Source of the DNA: a virus
Taxonomy: Duplodnaviria > Caudoviricetes
Reading direction: 5' to 3' (one strand)
Virus record (IMG/VR): IMGVR_UViG_3300031973_001744
Span: 1-55,767 of that record
DNA length: 55,767 nucleotides
Numbering within the stretch: position 1 is the stretch's first letter; each line of letters starts with the position of its first letter. The notes under the pieces were generated by a model. The model was given only the letters and a program-made list of their open reading frames with translations. It had not been told where the DNA came from and searched no databases. Below are positions 1 through 12,300 of this stretch, in pieces. Position numbers and translations under genes: made by a program.

Positions 1-2
1 GC

Positions 3-1589
3 TCTTAATGCTCTATTATCTTCCATTTCTTTACTATAAACAACATTATATCCTCTTTGAGATAAATGTTCTATTTCGTGTCTAACTACATCTTTAAGAT
101 CCATTGAAATAGTAGACCACATATTAGGTAAATCTCTTGGATCTACTTGGAATATTACAGTGAGCTCTCCTTGAATGTCTTCATCTCCTTCTTCTGCTCC
201 TCCATCTACACTATAAATACCTTCTTCTGTTTCTTTAAATACAATTTTTGCTTGAAGATCAAATTCCATATCGCGACCTTTCTTATCTTGTAGTTCGTAA
301 TTTTTTTGATAAATAAATTCCTCCTGGTCAGGGTATTTATCATGAAATTCTTTCCAAGCATTAAATATATCGCTAGAAACTTCAGTAGTAATAGAATCAT
401 AAACTCCTTCATTAAGAAGATTTACCATTTTATCTACTTCTTCTTTAATAGTTTTATATTGAGAAGGGTATTTTGTACGTAAATGTGTACGATATTTATT
501 AAATGCATCTTTAACTTTGTCTACTAACTCAGGAAATTTCTGGTCGTTTGCTACTTGTTTGGTAGTTTGTAGTTGTTTTATTGAAGCGAATGCTGATTTT
601 AGTTTATCAAATGAATCTTTAAAGGATGGAAGATTAATAACATCGTGAGTAATTCCTCCTGTTTCTTTATTTATATCAGTTGTTTTATAATATCGTGTTA
701 ATTCATCATTAAAATAGTCATTTTCTAAATCAACTTCACCATAATTTTTTTCAATATCTTTTATAAAGAGGGGATCCATTTCAGATGCTTTTTTAGCTTC
801 CATAATCTCTCTAGAATATTGAGAAATGCCATATGGGTCTTTTCCTAGCTTAGGATCAAAGCCTTCTTTAGCACTATGCATATTAATAAACCAATTAGCT
901 TGTGATTTATCATGAGCAGTAGCTCCTTTTCTATTTTTAAACTTTTTTGCTTTAGCTATAGTAACCGGCCCTCCATATGCTTTTGTAATTTTTGCTTTAA
1001 ATGTACCAGGGGCTCCTTTTTTAGTAGTACGAGTTGTATCTTCGTTAACTCCTAGAACTATATTTGTTACTATTTCTAAATCTTCATCTGATAATTCATC
1101 CGGAAAAAAGGTAGCTAATTGATCAGGATTAGTTTTTCTTAATTGAGTTGCAGAAATACCTCCTTCATCTCTAACTACATCTAACTGGAGGTTATCATAC
1201 TTATGATATGAGCTTAATCTCCTTAATAGTTCTTTATCATCTTCTTCCCCTCTTGATCCGGCTGCAAAAATAACGTTCTTATCAGGATTTTCTTTAGCTG
1301 TACCATAAACATCAGTAATTGGTATTTGAGATTGTCTTACTGATACTTTAGGGCTTAAATATTTTTTATATATTTTCCAAATATCTAATGCATTTTGTTG
1401 TGAAATACCACCTCTATCTTTACTACCAACAAAGACATTGTATACTTCTGCATCAGGATATTTTTCAATCATCCTTTTGATTACATTAAAATGTCCTTTA
1501 TGAGGTGGTTTAAATCCTCCACCATAAGAAACTATCGTTCCTTTTTCATCCATAATGGACTCTACTAAAAATTGAGAAAGACTATTCAC
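3..1589 (-). CDS. Multi-module protein (3' end beyond window): N-terminal cytidyltransferase-like HxGH nucleotidyltransferase, basic and helical modules, then an HExxH zincin-like module
   Basis: Absent from the ORF track; translated by hand. Open frame from GTG 1589 (or ATG 1553) to the window edge: ...SYGGGFKPPHKGHF (HKGH at 1491-1502)...GISATQLR...VVRHEIEHLSQ (HEIEH at 66-80). Confidence 0.85.
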   Translation of the reverse strand, partial: MNSLSQFLVESIMDEKGTIVSYGGGFKPPHKGHFNVIKRMIEKYPDAEVYNVFVGSKDRGGISQQNALDIWKIYKKYLSPKVSVRQSQIPITDVYGTAKENPDKNVIFAAGSRGEEDDKELLRRLSSYHKYDNLQLDVVRDEGGISATQLRKTNPDQLATFFPDELSDEDLEIVTNIVLGVNEDTTRTTKKGAPGTFKAKITKAYGGPVTIAKAKKFKNRKGATAHDKSQANWFINMHSAKEGFDPKLGKDPYGISQYSREIMEAKKASEMDPLFIKDIEKNYGEVDLENDYFNDELTRYYKTTDINKETGGITHDVINLPSFKDSFDKLKSAFASIKQLQTTKQVANDQKFPELVDKVKDAFNKYRTHLRTKYPSQYKTIKEEVDKMVNLLNEGVYDSITTEVSSDIFNAWKEFHDKYPDQEEFIYQKNYELQDKKGRDMEFDLQAKIVFKETEEGIYSVDGGAEEGDEDIQGELTVIFQVDPRDLPNMWSTISMDLKDVVRHEIEHLSQRGYNVVYSKEMEDNRALR

Positions 1590-2349
1590 TTTGTTTTATT
1601 ACAGTATTTAATTTTTTCATTAATGGTTCAGGTTTAGGATTTTCTATATCAAAAAGCTTCTTAACACATTTGTAGATTTCTATATTATCTTCAAATGAGC
1701 GTTTACTTTCAATAATCTCCCATCCTTTCCCTTGAAACTTATCTTTCCTAGGACCTCTCTTACTGGATTTTAACCATAAGATACCAGTTCTATGAATTTC
1801 TTTACCATAACACTCTTCATACATTTCTTTATAAATAGCTGTTTGTAGTTCGTAAGTAGATGCAATCGTATTAGATGTCTTAATATCAAGTATCCATCTT
1901 TCACCATTAATTTCTACTACTAAATCACAAGTTCCTGCTACTTTCATCTTATCAGTAAATAAAAATACCTCTGTTTCTATAAGAGTAGGTTTAAAAGTTT
2001 CCCAAAATTCTACGAATCTTAAGAACATTTCCCATACTAATGGTTCATATAATGGTGTTGAAAACTCAGCAAAGTATTTAATTTCTTCTCCTTTTAAGTA
2101 TCTTTCACATAAATCGTGAACTTGAGTACCTTGCTCTCCTGCTTTTTTAACAATATAATCGGCAGAGTATCCAACTCTTTTTAACCAATCTTCAAAATGC
2201 TTTCCTTTTGGATAACATCCTAAAACATAAGTAACTGATGGATAATATTCACCATTTCTTTGATAAAACCGAGAATCTTTTAAAGTAATTTGTTTGTGAT
2301 CGTCGGAAATTTCTAATAATCTATTATAAGATTTTTTTAAAATACTCAT
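1582..2349 (-). CDS. PD-(D/E)XK family exonuclease
   Basis: YPSVT, GTQVH, IETE, AGTCDLV, ILDIKTS and QTAIY motifs typical of phage PD-(D/E)XK exonucleases. Confidence 0.85.
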   Translation of the reverse strand: MSILKKSYNRLLEISDDHKQITLKDSRFYQRNGEYYPSVTYVLGCYPKGKHFEDWLKRVGYSADYIVKKAGEQGTQVHDLCERYLKGEEIKYFAEFSTPLYEPLVWEMFLRFVEFWETFKPTLIETEVFLFTDKMKVAGTCDLVVEINGERWILDIKTSNTIASTYELQTAIYKEMYEECYGKEIHRTGILWLKSSKRGPRKDKFQGKGWEIIESKRSFEDNIEIYKCVKKLFDIENPKPEPLMKKLNTVIKQSE

Positions 2350-3275
2350 ATGAGTTGTAGTTTGTAAGACATAAACGAATATTCGTCTATTGGCTGTGTT
2401 TGTTGTAGAATTTCTACAAATTTATCGAATCCTAAATCTGAAGGATCGTTTTCTGTTGTATCAACAATATAGACTTCTTTACCTTGCTTAAGTAAGTATT
2501 CGCTATATTTTAAAGTTTTTTTAATCGCATCATTATCTAATGCTAAATATATTTTATCTACTTGAGAAGAGATAAGTTTTTTCATTAATGCATTATTAAT
2601 TGATTTACCTAATAATGGTATTGCATTTCTTTTTATTGCCATCATATCAAATGCTCCTTCACACAATATAATTGGAATATTCCAGTTAATATAGTATTCA
2701 AAAGGTATAATATCTCTTGTAACTGTTGGATTTTTATATTTTAATGATGACCATTCTTCAAAGCTTCTACCTATAAAATAATTTAAATTACCATCTTTAT
2801 CATAAGAAGGAATAATTATTCTATTTTGAAATTTACCTGTAGTACAATATCCAATATTATATCTTTCAATATCTTTTTCGGTTATTCCCCTTTGTTTCAA
2901 GTAAGATAAAGCACGTCTTGATTCAAAAGAACTATCAAATTTTTTAAACTCTTTAGGTAACTCTATTTTATTTTCTATATCATTGTTAATCTTTGTTGTC
3001 CGTACCTTAACATACTTTGATAATTCAATAACTTGTTCTTGGGATGCTTTTAATCTACGAAAGAGTTTCAAAAGAGATTTACCACTAAAGTCATCTCCAC
3101 ATACCCAGCATTGATAACTCTGAAAATGTTTAGATTCTTGATCTAAATTTACTTCTAGTTTATTCTTACGATGGTTACATTTAGGACATTTATAAGAATA
3201 ATTACCTCCAGATGTATTTCGTGATGGACCTAATACTGAATTCAGTAGATTAACTAATAATTGATTTACTCTCAT
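2346..3275 (-). CDS. DNA primase (Zn finger + TOPRIM)
   Basis: CPKC...CWVC zinc finger, RIIIP, KYKNP, CEGAFD and LDNDA TOPRIM motifs. Confidence 0.9.
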   Translation of the reverse strand: MRVNQLLVNLLNSVLGPSRNTSGGNYSYKCPKCNHRKNKLEVNLDQESKHFQSYQCWVCGDDFSGKSLLKLFRRLKASQEQVIELSKYVKVRTTKINNDIENKIELPKEFKKFDSSFESRRALSYLKQRGITEKDIERYNIGYCTTGKFQNRIIIPSYDKDGNLNYFIGRSFEEWSSLKYKNPTVTRDIIPFEYYINWNIPIILCEGAFDMMAIKRNAIPLLGKSINNALMKKLISSQVDKIYLALDNDAIKKTLKYSEYLLKQGKEVYIVDTTENDPSDLGFDKFVEILQQTQPIDEYSFMSYKLQLI

Positions 3276-3690
3276 TTTCTCTTATAAAATCTTTTCGGTA
3301 GAATTTACCTAGAAGATTATCATTAAGATACGAACTTTCTTCCAGAACTTCAAACATCATTTGATATTTTAGTTCATTATATGTTAAAATTTTCTTAGTA
3401 AAACAAATTAAAAGTATTTCTCTTCGTAATTCATCATATCTATTTTCCTTTCTTATCTCTTTTAAAAAAGTATGAGAACCTGTATATTTTAACCAATCAG
3501 ATTCTTTTTCTACTTTTCTCCATCTTTTTTGACCTTTCAATGGAGGAAGTTTTCTTGTAAAATGCAACTGTTTTTTTCCTATATATTTTTTACCTGATGG
3601 GATATGTTCAATTTCATAAATAAAACCAAAAGCACCTTCAGGAAAATCGTTTAAGGATTCGATTTTTCCTTTTTTGTAAATCCAAAACAT
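3250..3690 (-). CDS. GIY-YIG family nuclease (Seg-like)
   Basis: GFIYEI...KKYIGKK...YTGS...YNE...YLNDN. Confidence 0.75.
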   Translation of the reverse strand: MFWIYKKGKIESLNDFPEGAFGFIYEIEHIPSGKKYIGKKQLHFTRKLPPLKGQKRWRKVEKESDWLKYTGSHTFLKEIRKENRYDELRREILLICFTKKILTYNELKYQMMFEVLEESSYLNDNLLGKFYRKDFIRENESKSIIS

Positions 3691-3691
3691 T

Positions 3692-4636
3692 TTAATTCAT
3701 ATCTAAATTTATAATAATATTTGTATCGTTTATATCTGATTTTAAGATAGGTTGTGCTAGTTTACCTACAGCAATTAAATCATATTTGTTATTATATAGT
3801 CCAACTGCTGTAATATATGGATTAAAAAATGATTCAGTAACATAACCATAGGGAGTACCGTTTGAACCAGATATTAATGTTGGATTAGTAGAAAAGTTAA
3901 ATTCATTTTCTCTTATCTTACACATAAATTGTGCTTCATTTATTGTTCTAGTGCTACTAAATGAACATGATAAGTTTTCTCTTGAAAAGGATGTTCTAAT
4001 AGCTTGGGTATTTGGTAAAGAAGATCCTGTAGCTATTAATTTATATGTAAAAATTGCTAAACCGTGCTCGTATATTATATTACCTACATGAGTTTTTCCT
4101 ATATTAGTTGTAGTAAAAATATTACCTTGTTTATCATCCGTAAATCTATATACACCGTCATCAAATAAAAATGTACCAGGTTGTATAGTTTCTCCGAATA
4201 ATCTTCTTGGTATAGATAGTACACCTATAGCATTACCTCCTCCAGGAAGAAGAGCACGAGATTGTGTTAAGGTATTAGATAAAAAATTATAATTATTAGT
4301 AGTTGCTCTTTTACCACTTATAGTCCCGTCTATATTAAAAGATGCAGTAGCTGCAGGGTCTCCAAATGTTTGAGTTAAATAATTACTATAATAAAGTTGC
4401 CTTATAGATCTAAATACTAATTCAGTATATTGATTATCTCTTAGTCCGGTTGATTCAAAGCTTGCACTATCAAAACTAGAACTTAATGATTGTGATGGAG
4501 CTGCTCCTATAAATAAATCAATATTTATATTTGAACTACTAAAGTTAGTTTTACCTTCAAAATTAAAACTTTTATTAACTGTAAAAGGAGTTACTACAGT
4601 ATCAGCAGTTGTAAGTTGTTTGTATGTAAAGCTCAT
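3692..4636 (-). CDS. Virion tail/baseplate structural protein with C-terminal tail-collar-like segment
   Basis: C-terminus YITAVGLYNNKYDLIAVGKLAQPILK is paralogous to that of 4642..5655; lies in the structural block. Confidence 0.6.
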   Translation of the reverse strand: MSFTYKQLTTADTVVTPFTVNKSFNFEGKTNFSSSNINIDLFIGAAPSQSLSSSFDSASFESTGLRDNQYTELVFRSIRQLYYSNYLTQTFGDPAATASFNIDGTISGKRATTNNYNFLSNTLTQSRALLPGGGNAIGVLSIPRRLFGETIQPGTFLFDDGVYRFTDDKQGNIFTTTNIGKTHVGNIIYEHGLAIFTYKLIATGSSLPNTQAIRTSFSRENLSCSFSSTRTINEAQFMCKIRENEFNFSTNPTLISGSNGTPYGYVTESFFNPYITAVGLYNNKYDLIAVGKLAQPILKSDINDTNIIINLDMN

Positions 4637-4641
4637 TCACC

Positions 4642-5655
4642 TTAAAAATCTAATTTAACTCTAATTAAAGCTTCTTTAGTAAAATCTTTTAAGAGTGGTC
4701 TTGATAATTTAGCTACCGCTAATAATTCATTTGCATCATTATACATACCTACTGTAGTTAAAAATACTTGAGGTTGATTAATAAAATCGGTATAGATTAC
4801 TTCTCCAGTTGAGCCTGAAATAAAGGAAGGATTTTCTGTATAATTAAATTCTGAATTTCTTAGTCTTACAAATACAAAATCTGATGATACGGTTTCTTGT
4901 GAGTTAACTTGAAAGTTTCCTCCTAATCTAATAGCATCATAAATAGCATCGTTATTTAAACCAGGTGAATCATAGCTTTGAGAAGCCTCCAGGTTTATAG
5001 ACTGCGATGTAGCAAGTGGATTAATTAAAATAGTTCCTATATCTGGTAAAAATAATCCATAGGATCCACTTCCAGCTACATAGCCATTAGATGTATCATA
5101 TGATTCACCATTACTTCCTGAGATTAATTGGAATGCTCTTTGAGCTCCTATAAATGTATTAACTAATACTTCTTTAGAATCATCAGTAAGTTTAATTTTT
5201 CCTCCGGATGCACTAAGATGTAAATTTAAAGTTCCAGGTAATAATTTTTCTTTATATCTAGATCTTTCGACTGAGATAGCCCAAAAATTAGATCCTGTAA
5301 CAATATTAGTTTCACTACCGAATTTAAAGCTTGAATTTTCATCTTCTAAAACTAATGTTCTATATTGACCAAAATTAGTTCTTGTTGGTGATAAAAAAGG
5401 TACTAAATCGTTAAAAAATTCACTACCACTACCAAGGTTATCACAATAAGCTACTTCAAATTGAACAGATGCAGAGGTTGATGTAACAGGGTTCCCGTTA
5501 TAAACACTCATATAATATTTCCCTGAGGATCCGTTCTTTTGAATAGATGATGTAAAAAAGCTTGTTAAAGTAGGAACATTATCCGACCAAGCTGCGGAAG
5601 TTATAGAATCACTACTTACTACTATATCTTCAGTATCAAATCTTTTGTAACTCAT
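4642..5655 (-). CDS. Virion tail/baseplate structural protein with C-terminal tail-collar-like segment
   Basis: C-terminus FLTTVGMYNDANELLAVAKLSRPLLK; S/G/T-rich; paralog of 3692..4636. Confidence 0.6.
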   Translation of the reverse strand: MSYKRFDTEDIVVSSDSITSAAWSDNVPTLTSFFTSSIQKNGSSGKYYMSVYNGNPVTSTSASVQFEVAYCDNLGSGSEFFNDLVPFLSPTRTNFGQYRTLVLEDENSSFKFGSETNIVTGSNFWAISVERSRYKEKLLPGTLNLHLSASGGKIKLTDDSKEVLVNTFIGAQRAFQLISGSNGESYDTSNGYVAGSGSYGLFLPDIGTILINPLATSQSINLEASQSYDSPGLNNDAIYDAIRLGGNFQVNSQETVSSDFVFVRLRNSEFNYTENPSFISGSTGEVIYTDFINQPQVFLTTVGMYNDANELLAVAKLSRPLLKDFTKEALIRVKLDF

Positions 5656-5658
5656 TTA

Positions 5659-6330
5659 TTATACTTTTTCAATTGTTAATGGGATAGTTAATCTAGCTCC
5701 TGAATCAATACCAGTAAAGGTTAGAGTTGTTCTGATTAAAGCTCCAGGAAGAGCATTATTACCAAATAAAGTATTGATTGTTGTACCTTTTAGGTTAATT
5801 TGTGTACCTATTCTAGTGGCAGATATATTAGTACCAAGTGTTTGATTTATTGGTACATTTTGACCTGTTGCTGCTTGTGAATTTATTCCTGTCCCAGTAA
5901 AGGTACTTAGTAACCTTACATCCGCTACAGTGCAGGTATATCCAGCAGTTTCATTTATTTGTTGGTTACCTAAATAATTTAATGTTTGCGGTGTAATAGC
6001 AAGAGAAGCTCCTTGCTTTAATGATATTGCAGAGTAACCTAAATCGAGTACTGGTAGTTTTGCAGTACCTCGTGGTAGGGTTACAAGCTTATATTTCATA
6101 ATTTGATTTTCATCAGGAAAAGCTTCTAGTAGAGGCATATTTTCTAATGCTTCTCCGTAAAATGTTGATCCTGAAGGGTGAGTTGGATTATATAAAGTAT
6201 AATCAATTTCATCATCTGCTACTGCAAATTGTGTAATTCTAAAGGAGCCATCATTTCTTGCTAAAAGCTCTCTTCCTTTTTTAGTTAAAATCGCGTCTAC
6301 TGTTACGACTTGATTATTTAAGTAACCCAT
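5659..6330 (-). CDS. Virion structural protein (tail-collar N-terminal-like)
   Basis: N-terminus ILTKKGRELLA...ITQFAVAD resembles the start of phage tail-fibre collar domains; TATTTAT motifs upstream. Confidence 0.55.
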   Translation of the reverse strand: MGYLNNQVVTVDAILTKKGRELLARNDGSFRITQFAVADDEIDYTLYNPTHPSGSTFYGEALENMPLLEAFPDENQIMKYKLVTLPRGTAKLPVLDLGYSAISLKQGASLAITPQTLNYLGNQQINETAGYTCTVADVRLLSTFTGTGINSQAATGQNVPINQTLGTNISATRIGTQINLKGTTINTLFGNNALPGALIRTTLTFTGIDSGARLTIPLTIEKV

Positions 6331-6334
6331 AATT

Positions 6335-6364
6335 ATAAATATTCTCTTTTTATTATTATAAATA
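6335..6364 (-). promoter_or_regulatory. Putative late promoter (two TATTTATA copies)
   Basis: Sense strand reads ATATTTATAATAATAA...ATATTTATAATT-ATG; the same motif precedes other structural genes. Confidence 0.5.
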
Positions 6365-6372
6365 TATTAATT

Positions 6373-9300
6373 TTAATTTATAGTACCATCCTTAACTAAA
6401 TCTGATAGTATAACATTAATATTACTTTCTACTTCTTCATTTACTGTAACATTTTTTACTACTCCACTTGTTGTACCAAATCCTGAGTTAGGAGGATTAA
6501 GATCTAATATTACTGACGTACCATCTTTATTAAATCTTCTAATTAAAAATTTATCTAAATTTAATCCATTACCAATAGGTGGTTGAATATCAACTAATAT
6601 TTTACCTGTTTCAGCACCTTGATTAATTATTGATACATTACTTACTGTATGTACATTATTTTCTGATCCTAAAAATCTAAATTGATCTCCTGATTTAATA
6701 GTAAATATTTCATTAATAGGTTTAAATGTTGATTCTGGATACTGTACTTGAGTTGATGTATTATAATATTGAGCTAAATCTCTAGAGGATGTAAGTTGTG
6801 TACTGTTAGGAAACGCGCTTCCTGTTTCCCAGAAACTTCCTGTAAGTGCCACTACTGGAAGTTGTTCAGGTTCTCCGTAAAAATTAGTATTTTGTAAATT
6901 AACAACTCCTAAACTAGTAAATTCTAGTCTAACTCTAACCTGATCCCCTGCTGCAGGAAAAATATATGGAGTTACTAAATCAGGTACTGCTAAAGGATCT
7001 CCAGCTGCAACACTACCATCATTAAATATTAAAGAAGTATTTGCAGGTATATTAGTTAATCCAAAAAATACATTTGGTACGCCGGTTCTTATCCATTCAA
7101 TAGATATATTAGATGTTGCTGTTGTACTGTTTAGTACTGCACCTTGAAACCTAAAGCGTATTGGTGTTAGATTAAATCTATCTCCAGTAGTATTTTCCCA
7201 TATACTATTTGGGTGGTCGTATAGTCCTGCTGGATCGTATCCCTCATTAGAGCAGCTTACTGTTAAGATCCCTGTGCTTGGGTTGGATGTTGGATTGTAA
7301 GTTGTATCAGCAAATTTTCCACCTTGAAAGCTAAAGTTGGTATCTAATCCTGATGGATTAGTAAAGTTAATAGATCCTGTAAATTCTTCACCAACACTTC
7401 CATCAAATATAGATGCAAATTGAGTAGTTAGGATTGGATCTACTCTTCTAGCTCCTCTTATAACTCTAGCTTGAGTATTAAAATTATCTAAATTTATACC
7501 AGCTGCTGCATTAGTTGGAAAGTTTCCTCCATCAGTTTGAAAACTATCATTAAGAGCTATATCTACTAAATTATTAGTTTCATATGTTCCTTCCACATCA
7601 AAGAATGATGGAGAATTTAATAATGGTTTAAATGCTTGACCTTGTTTATTTATTAAATATTGTAATTTAACTTGAGTTCCTTTTTCTAATTCAGGAGAGG
7701 TTGGGACTAATAATTTAAAAAACCCAAAATTCGGTTTAGTTTGTTCTATCACAGGTTCTTTACCAAACGATATATCTCCTTTCCATATTGTACCATCAGG
7801 AAGTACAAGAGTATTGGCAGCGGTATATTCATTTAATATAGCACTAGTTAATTTTACTCCATTATATCTTATATTAGACCAAGATTTAGAGAAATAATTA
7901 GAATCTTGTACTTGAGCTTTTACAGCAGTTCTGTTTAAAATTTGTAAAAAGTTTACTGGTAAAACTGTTCCTGATGAATAATCTATATCAAAAAATATTC
8001 CTGAAGTTGTATTTTCTGAAACATTATTTAGTAGTGGTTGACAATCAAAATGATTAAAGAAGTGTGTGTTATCAGATAAGTATCCTGGTTGAATAGAAGT
8101 TATAGTTGATACTGGACCATTACTTGTTACTCCATTTTGATTAATAGCAAATAATGAAGAGGAGATTGATAAAGAGCTTGATCCAAATAAATCAAACATA
8201 TTATTATCAAAATCCGTTTCTACTACTACTGCAACTTGATCTCCTGTAACTAATGCTTGTTGTGGAAAAAGTTCCTCTTTAAAATCAAAATCAAATGATT
8301 GTGTAAAGGTATTTCCTGCAGTTAATCCTACTGTAAATCCGTTACTTTTTAATATTTCGTTTCTTGTTATATTTTTTAACCCTACTTTTACACCATACTG
8401 TATATTTGCGGTAGTATTGTTAGTAAATGCATAAGAGCCTGAGATAGAACAGGTAAAATTAAGTCTTCTATTATTAGTTAATGGTGATGTATATATACCA
8501 CTTTGACTATTTAAAAGTCCGCTTGGATCATTTTCAATATCAAAATTATCAATAATAATAGTTTCAGTAAATGAGGATGGTACTGTTCCTTGATCTGCAA
8601 TTTTTACTAAATGAAATGAAGATGTTTTTTCAACTGAAGCTGAATAATTTAAAAAATTAGATGTAAAGTTGGATATATCGTAAGTACTAAATGGTGATAC
8701 TACTTCATATTCAGTAAATCCTTGACCACTTTGTACAAAATCTACAGCTATACTTTGATTTATACCAGAAAAATCAAAAGCTAGTGTAGTTATTTGCGTT
8801 AATACGTTTGAAATATCTATACCAGCTTTAGTTGTATTAGATATCTTAATATTAGTAAATTTATTTTGACCGAATTTTTTAAAGAAAAATATTTCCCCAG
8901 TACGAGGAGCTGTATTAGGATTTTCAAATCTATCTAATGAACAGCTTTGTTGTCTATATACAAATCTATCATATTCATGCTCAACTTCAACACCTTCGGT
9001 ATTTATATTAGAAAACTGTAAGCAACCTGGATTTAAGGATTGAGTTGTTACTATTATATTAGTTCCAGGGAAAATACCATCATAAAATTCATCTTGATTA
9101 GTATAAATTCTTTCAGTACTTCCTGATTGGAATATAATAGATTCAGATAGTGATTGAGTTATATCAAATCTATTATCGGGCCCTGTTCCGTTAGGACCGT
9201 ATGGATGAAAGGCAGTACTATTAAATACCTCAAATGATCCTCCAGTACCTCCGCTAAATTTATATATAGAGGATCCAGAGGTTGAATATTGTGGAAAGTC

Positions 9301-12300
9301 GCTAGATCCCGTTATAAAATTTTTAGATGATGGTAATATCGATCCTGTTTTACTTACATTCGTAAATGTCATTACAGGTTCAGGATATTTTTGTCTTTCT
9401 AGAAGGTGTTGTTTTATTATTACACCAGTAGCGGAAGAGTTTCTTATAGGAGTAAAATCTTTTATCATTTTAAATAAAGAATTATCAAAATTCTTAATTA
9501 ATCTAATAAAATCTAAAACTTCATAATTTTTTAAATATTTTTCGAAAAATTTATCTCTTAAATCATTTAAAGCAGGATAATAATTTAAGCTAGAAGAGGC
9601 TAATCTAGGATCACCTATATAATCTTCAATATTAAATCCACCTAGCTCTGATATAATATCATCATTTATTTGATTTGAGGGAGAAAATCCTACTTCAATA
9701 TAATTTATTCCTTCAGTGAATGATCTTGAGGAATAATTGTTTTGTTCAATTCTACGATAGGGTGATAGTGCATTTCCTTGAGGAAATTCTAAATTTTCTA
9801 CTCTAATTCTATCCGTAACTCTATTTTTTATACCTACTACTGGTTGATTTAAAAATTGAGTTTCTGAATTTGATTTATATAATCCGGTAGTATTGTAAAA
9901 GCTATTTTTATTACCTCCACTTATAAAGGATGCAGTAGTTATTAATGATCCTGTTACTTTTGGGTGTATAGAGCTTCCAGATATAGTATTTGTAAGTGTA
10001 CCTTTTATTGAATAATCTTCACCCTCTCTAGTTCTAAATGCTAGCGATTCTCTAGCAGATTCTGATCCTGTTAAAACACCATTTTCAATTGATAGCGGGT
10101 TCATAATATGATTATGCCATACACTTTCTGATAGAGTGTTTATCCAATATCGGACTTCTTGAACTGATCCTGATAGTTCACTTGATCCTGTTATTCCGGG
10201 AGCAAAGTTATAGGAATTTTTGCTAGCTCCTATTCGGGCTAAGCTTCCGCTTCTCCAGCATAAAGTATCATCTGCTCCTGGTACTGTAATGGTTGTGCTA
10301 CCAGTAAAGCCTAGTTTAGTGCCGTTGCCTCCATTGTATATTTTATTACCTGAGTAAAGTTCAAAGGTATTGGATGAGCTATGATATTGTAACATTACAC
10401 TCCACCAATCTTTATTTAAAAACGGTAAATTAATCGAGGAGGAATAATATTGACTTGATCCACTTACATAAAGGGTAAGGTCTGCGTAATTGTTTCTTGG
10501 ATCCATAATACTACCTGAATAGGAGCCAGTATATGATCCTGATCCGTTATATTCTAAAACTACTGATACTGATGATGATGTTGAACTAATATTACTATCT
10601 AATATAGTAAAGGTAGATTGTCTTATATTAGATTGTGATGGTAGGGTGTTTGGATCAAGAGTAGATTTAAATCTATATTCAACAGTGCGTGGTACTAAGG
10701 GTGATATACCCCAGTCAGGGTTTAATCCATTATCATTATCATGATTAGCCCATTGGGTATTAATCATATTATCAGGTGAGCTACTTCCTGAAATGAATAA
10801 AGCTTTGTTATAAATTTTTCTATAAAAATCCCAATCATTACCTGATACTTTATCTTTAGCACCAAATTCATTTACTTGTAGTATGGTTTCCGGAATACCA
10901 TACAAGCTAATTAAACTTTTTAAACCTGTTTTAGTTCCTTTAGATCTTAAAAGATAAGGAACATTGTGATATATTTTCTTATATGTTCTTTTATTAATAT
11001 CATCAATAGGTATAATATCATTAGAAGCTGTTACTAGGTTAGTTACTAATTGAGTACCTAAAGGTAGTGGTCCATATAATCCACTACCAAAGGAAGAAAA
11101 TCCATAAATTAGTGGTGGAAAATCTGATAATCCTGTTACTCCTAGTGAGCTACTATCTTGTGGGAACCCTGTAAATGCACTATATAGATCGTAAGTTGAA
11201 AAATTATTTTCATATATTTTTAAACTAAAATCTTTTATAGCGTCAGCTACTAAGTCTTTTGATATACCAAAATTTATTCTATTATCAGCATCAAATTTTT
11301 TCGTTATATCTTTTGTATAGGTCCAGATATTATCATAATGTTGACCTATCATTGAAATAAATACTTCGTATTGTTTATTATTAGGATCTAGTCTAATAAA
11401 TTCAGGGATAGAGTATAATAAATTATTTCTATTTAAATTATCATACAATGATGCACTTAATAATATTCCACCATAATTTGATGATTGTTCATCTAGAGAT
11501 CCATACCATTGTAATACCTCAGTACTACTTGTAACATGAAGTTGAAATGGTGGTGTATCATTTACTTTTGGCCAGCTATTTGATCCGCTTTCATAATATA
11601 GAAATTTTTCATAGTTATCAAAATTTGATACTAATTGATTAATTTTATCTCTAAATATATGAGATGTTGTAGATGTATTATTGGCTGTGGAGTTTGCTGT
11701 ATTTAAAGAGCTAGAATAATCTTGTAATAGACTAATTTTATAAAAAAAGTTTTTTAGTCTTTCTGTAGCAGAAGAAAAGAAAACAAATTCTTCAAATTTA
11801 TTATAATCTAAATTAATGTTAATACCTGAAGAAGATATTACACTATTTAACTGATATATAGAGGAGCTTGGAAGATTAGTAGTCTCAAGGGATTCTAGAG
11901 TAGCTGTAAAGGTTTCCTTACTTGTTAGATCTCTATCAATTAAATTTAAATTAGGTCCTGATAGTGGAATACCTACAGTTAATGGTTCTCTAATATCTGG
12001 AGAAAACTCTATAAGATAATTAGGATTAGCACCTATCTGCTCAACTATCCAGAATTGACTATTAATATCAAAATCGTTAGGAAGAGGATTTTTTAATTTT
12101 ATTAATATTTGAGTATTATCACTTGTAGTATCTAAAGCAATATTTACACCAGCAATAAGATTATTATTTCCAAAATTTAATAAAAATTCCTTAAAATAAG
12201 TTGATTGTTCACGTTCATTTAAAAATTGAAGAGTTTTATCAGCTAAAACAAAATCATCTATAACGCTAGAATCAGCTCTTATTTCAGTTCTTGATGGTGA

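Noticed and set aside
206-412. 68-aa ORF from the track
   Set aside because: Out-of-frame shadow inside the long 3..1589 ORF, which carries recognisable motifs.
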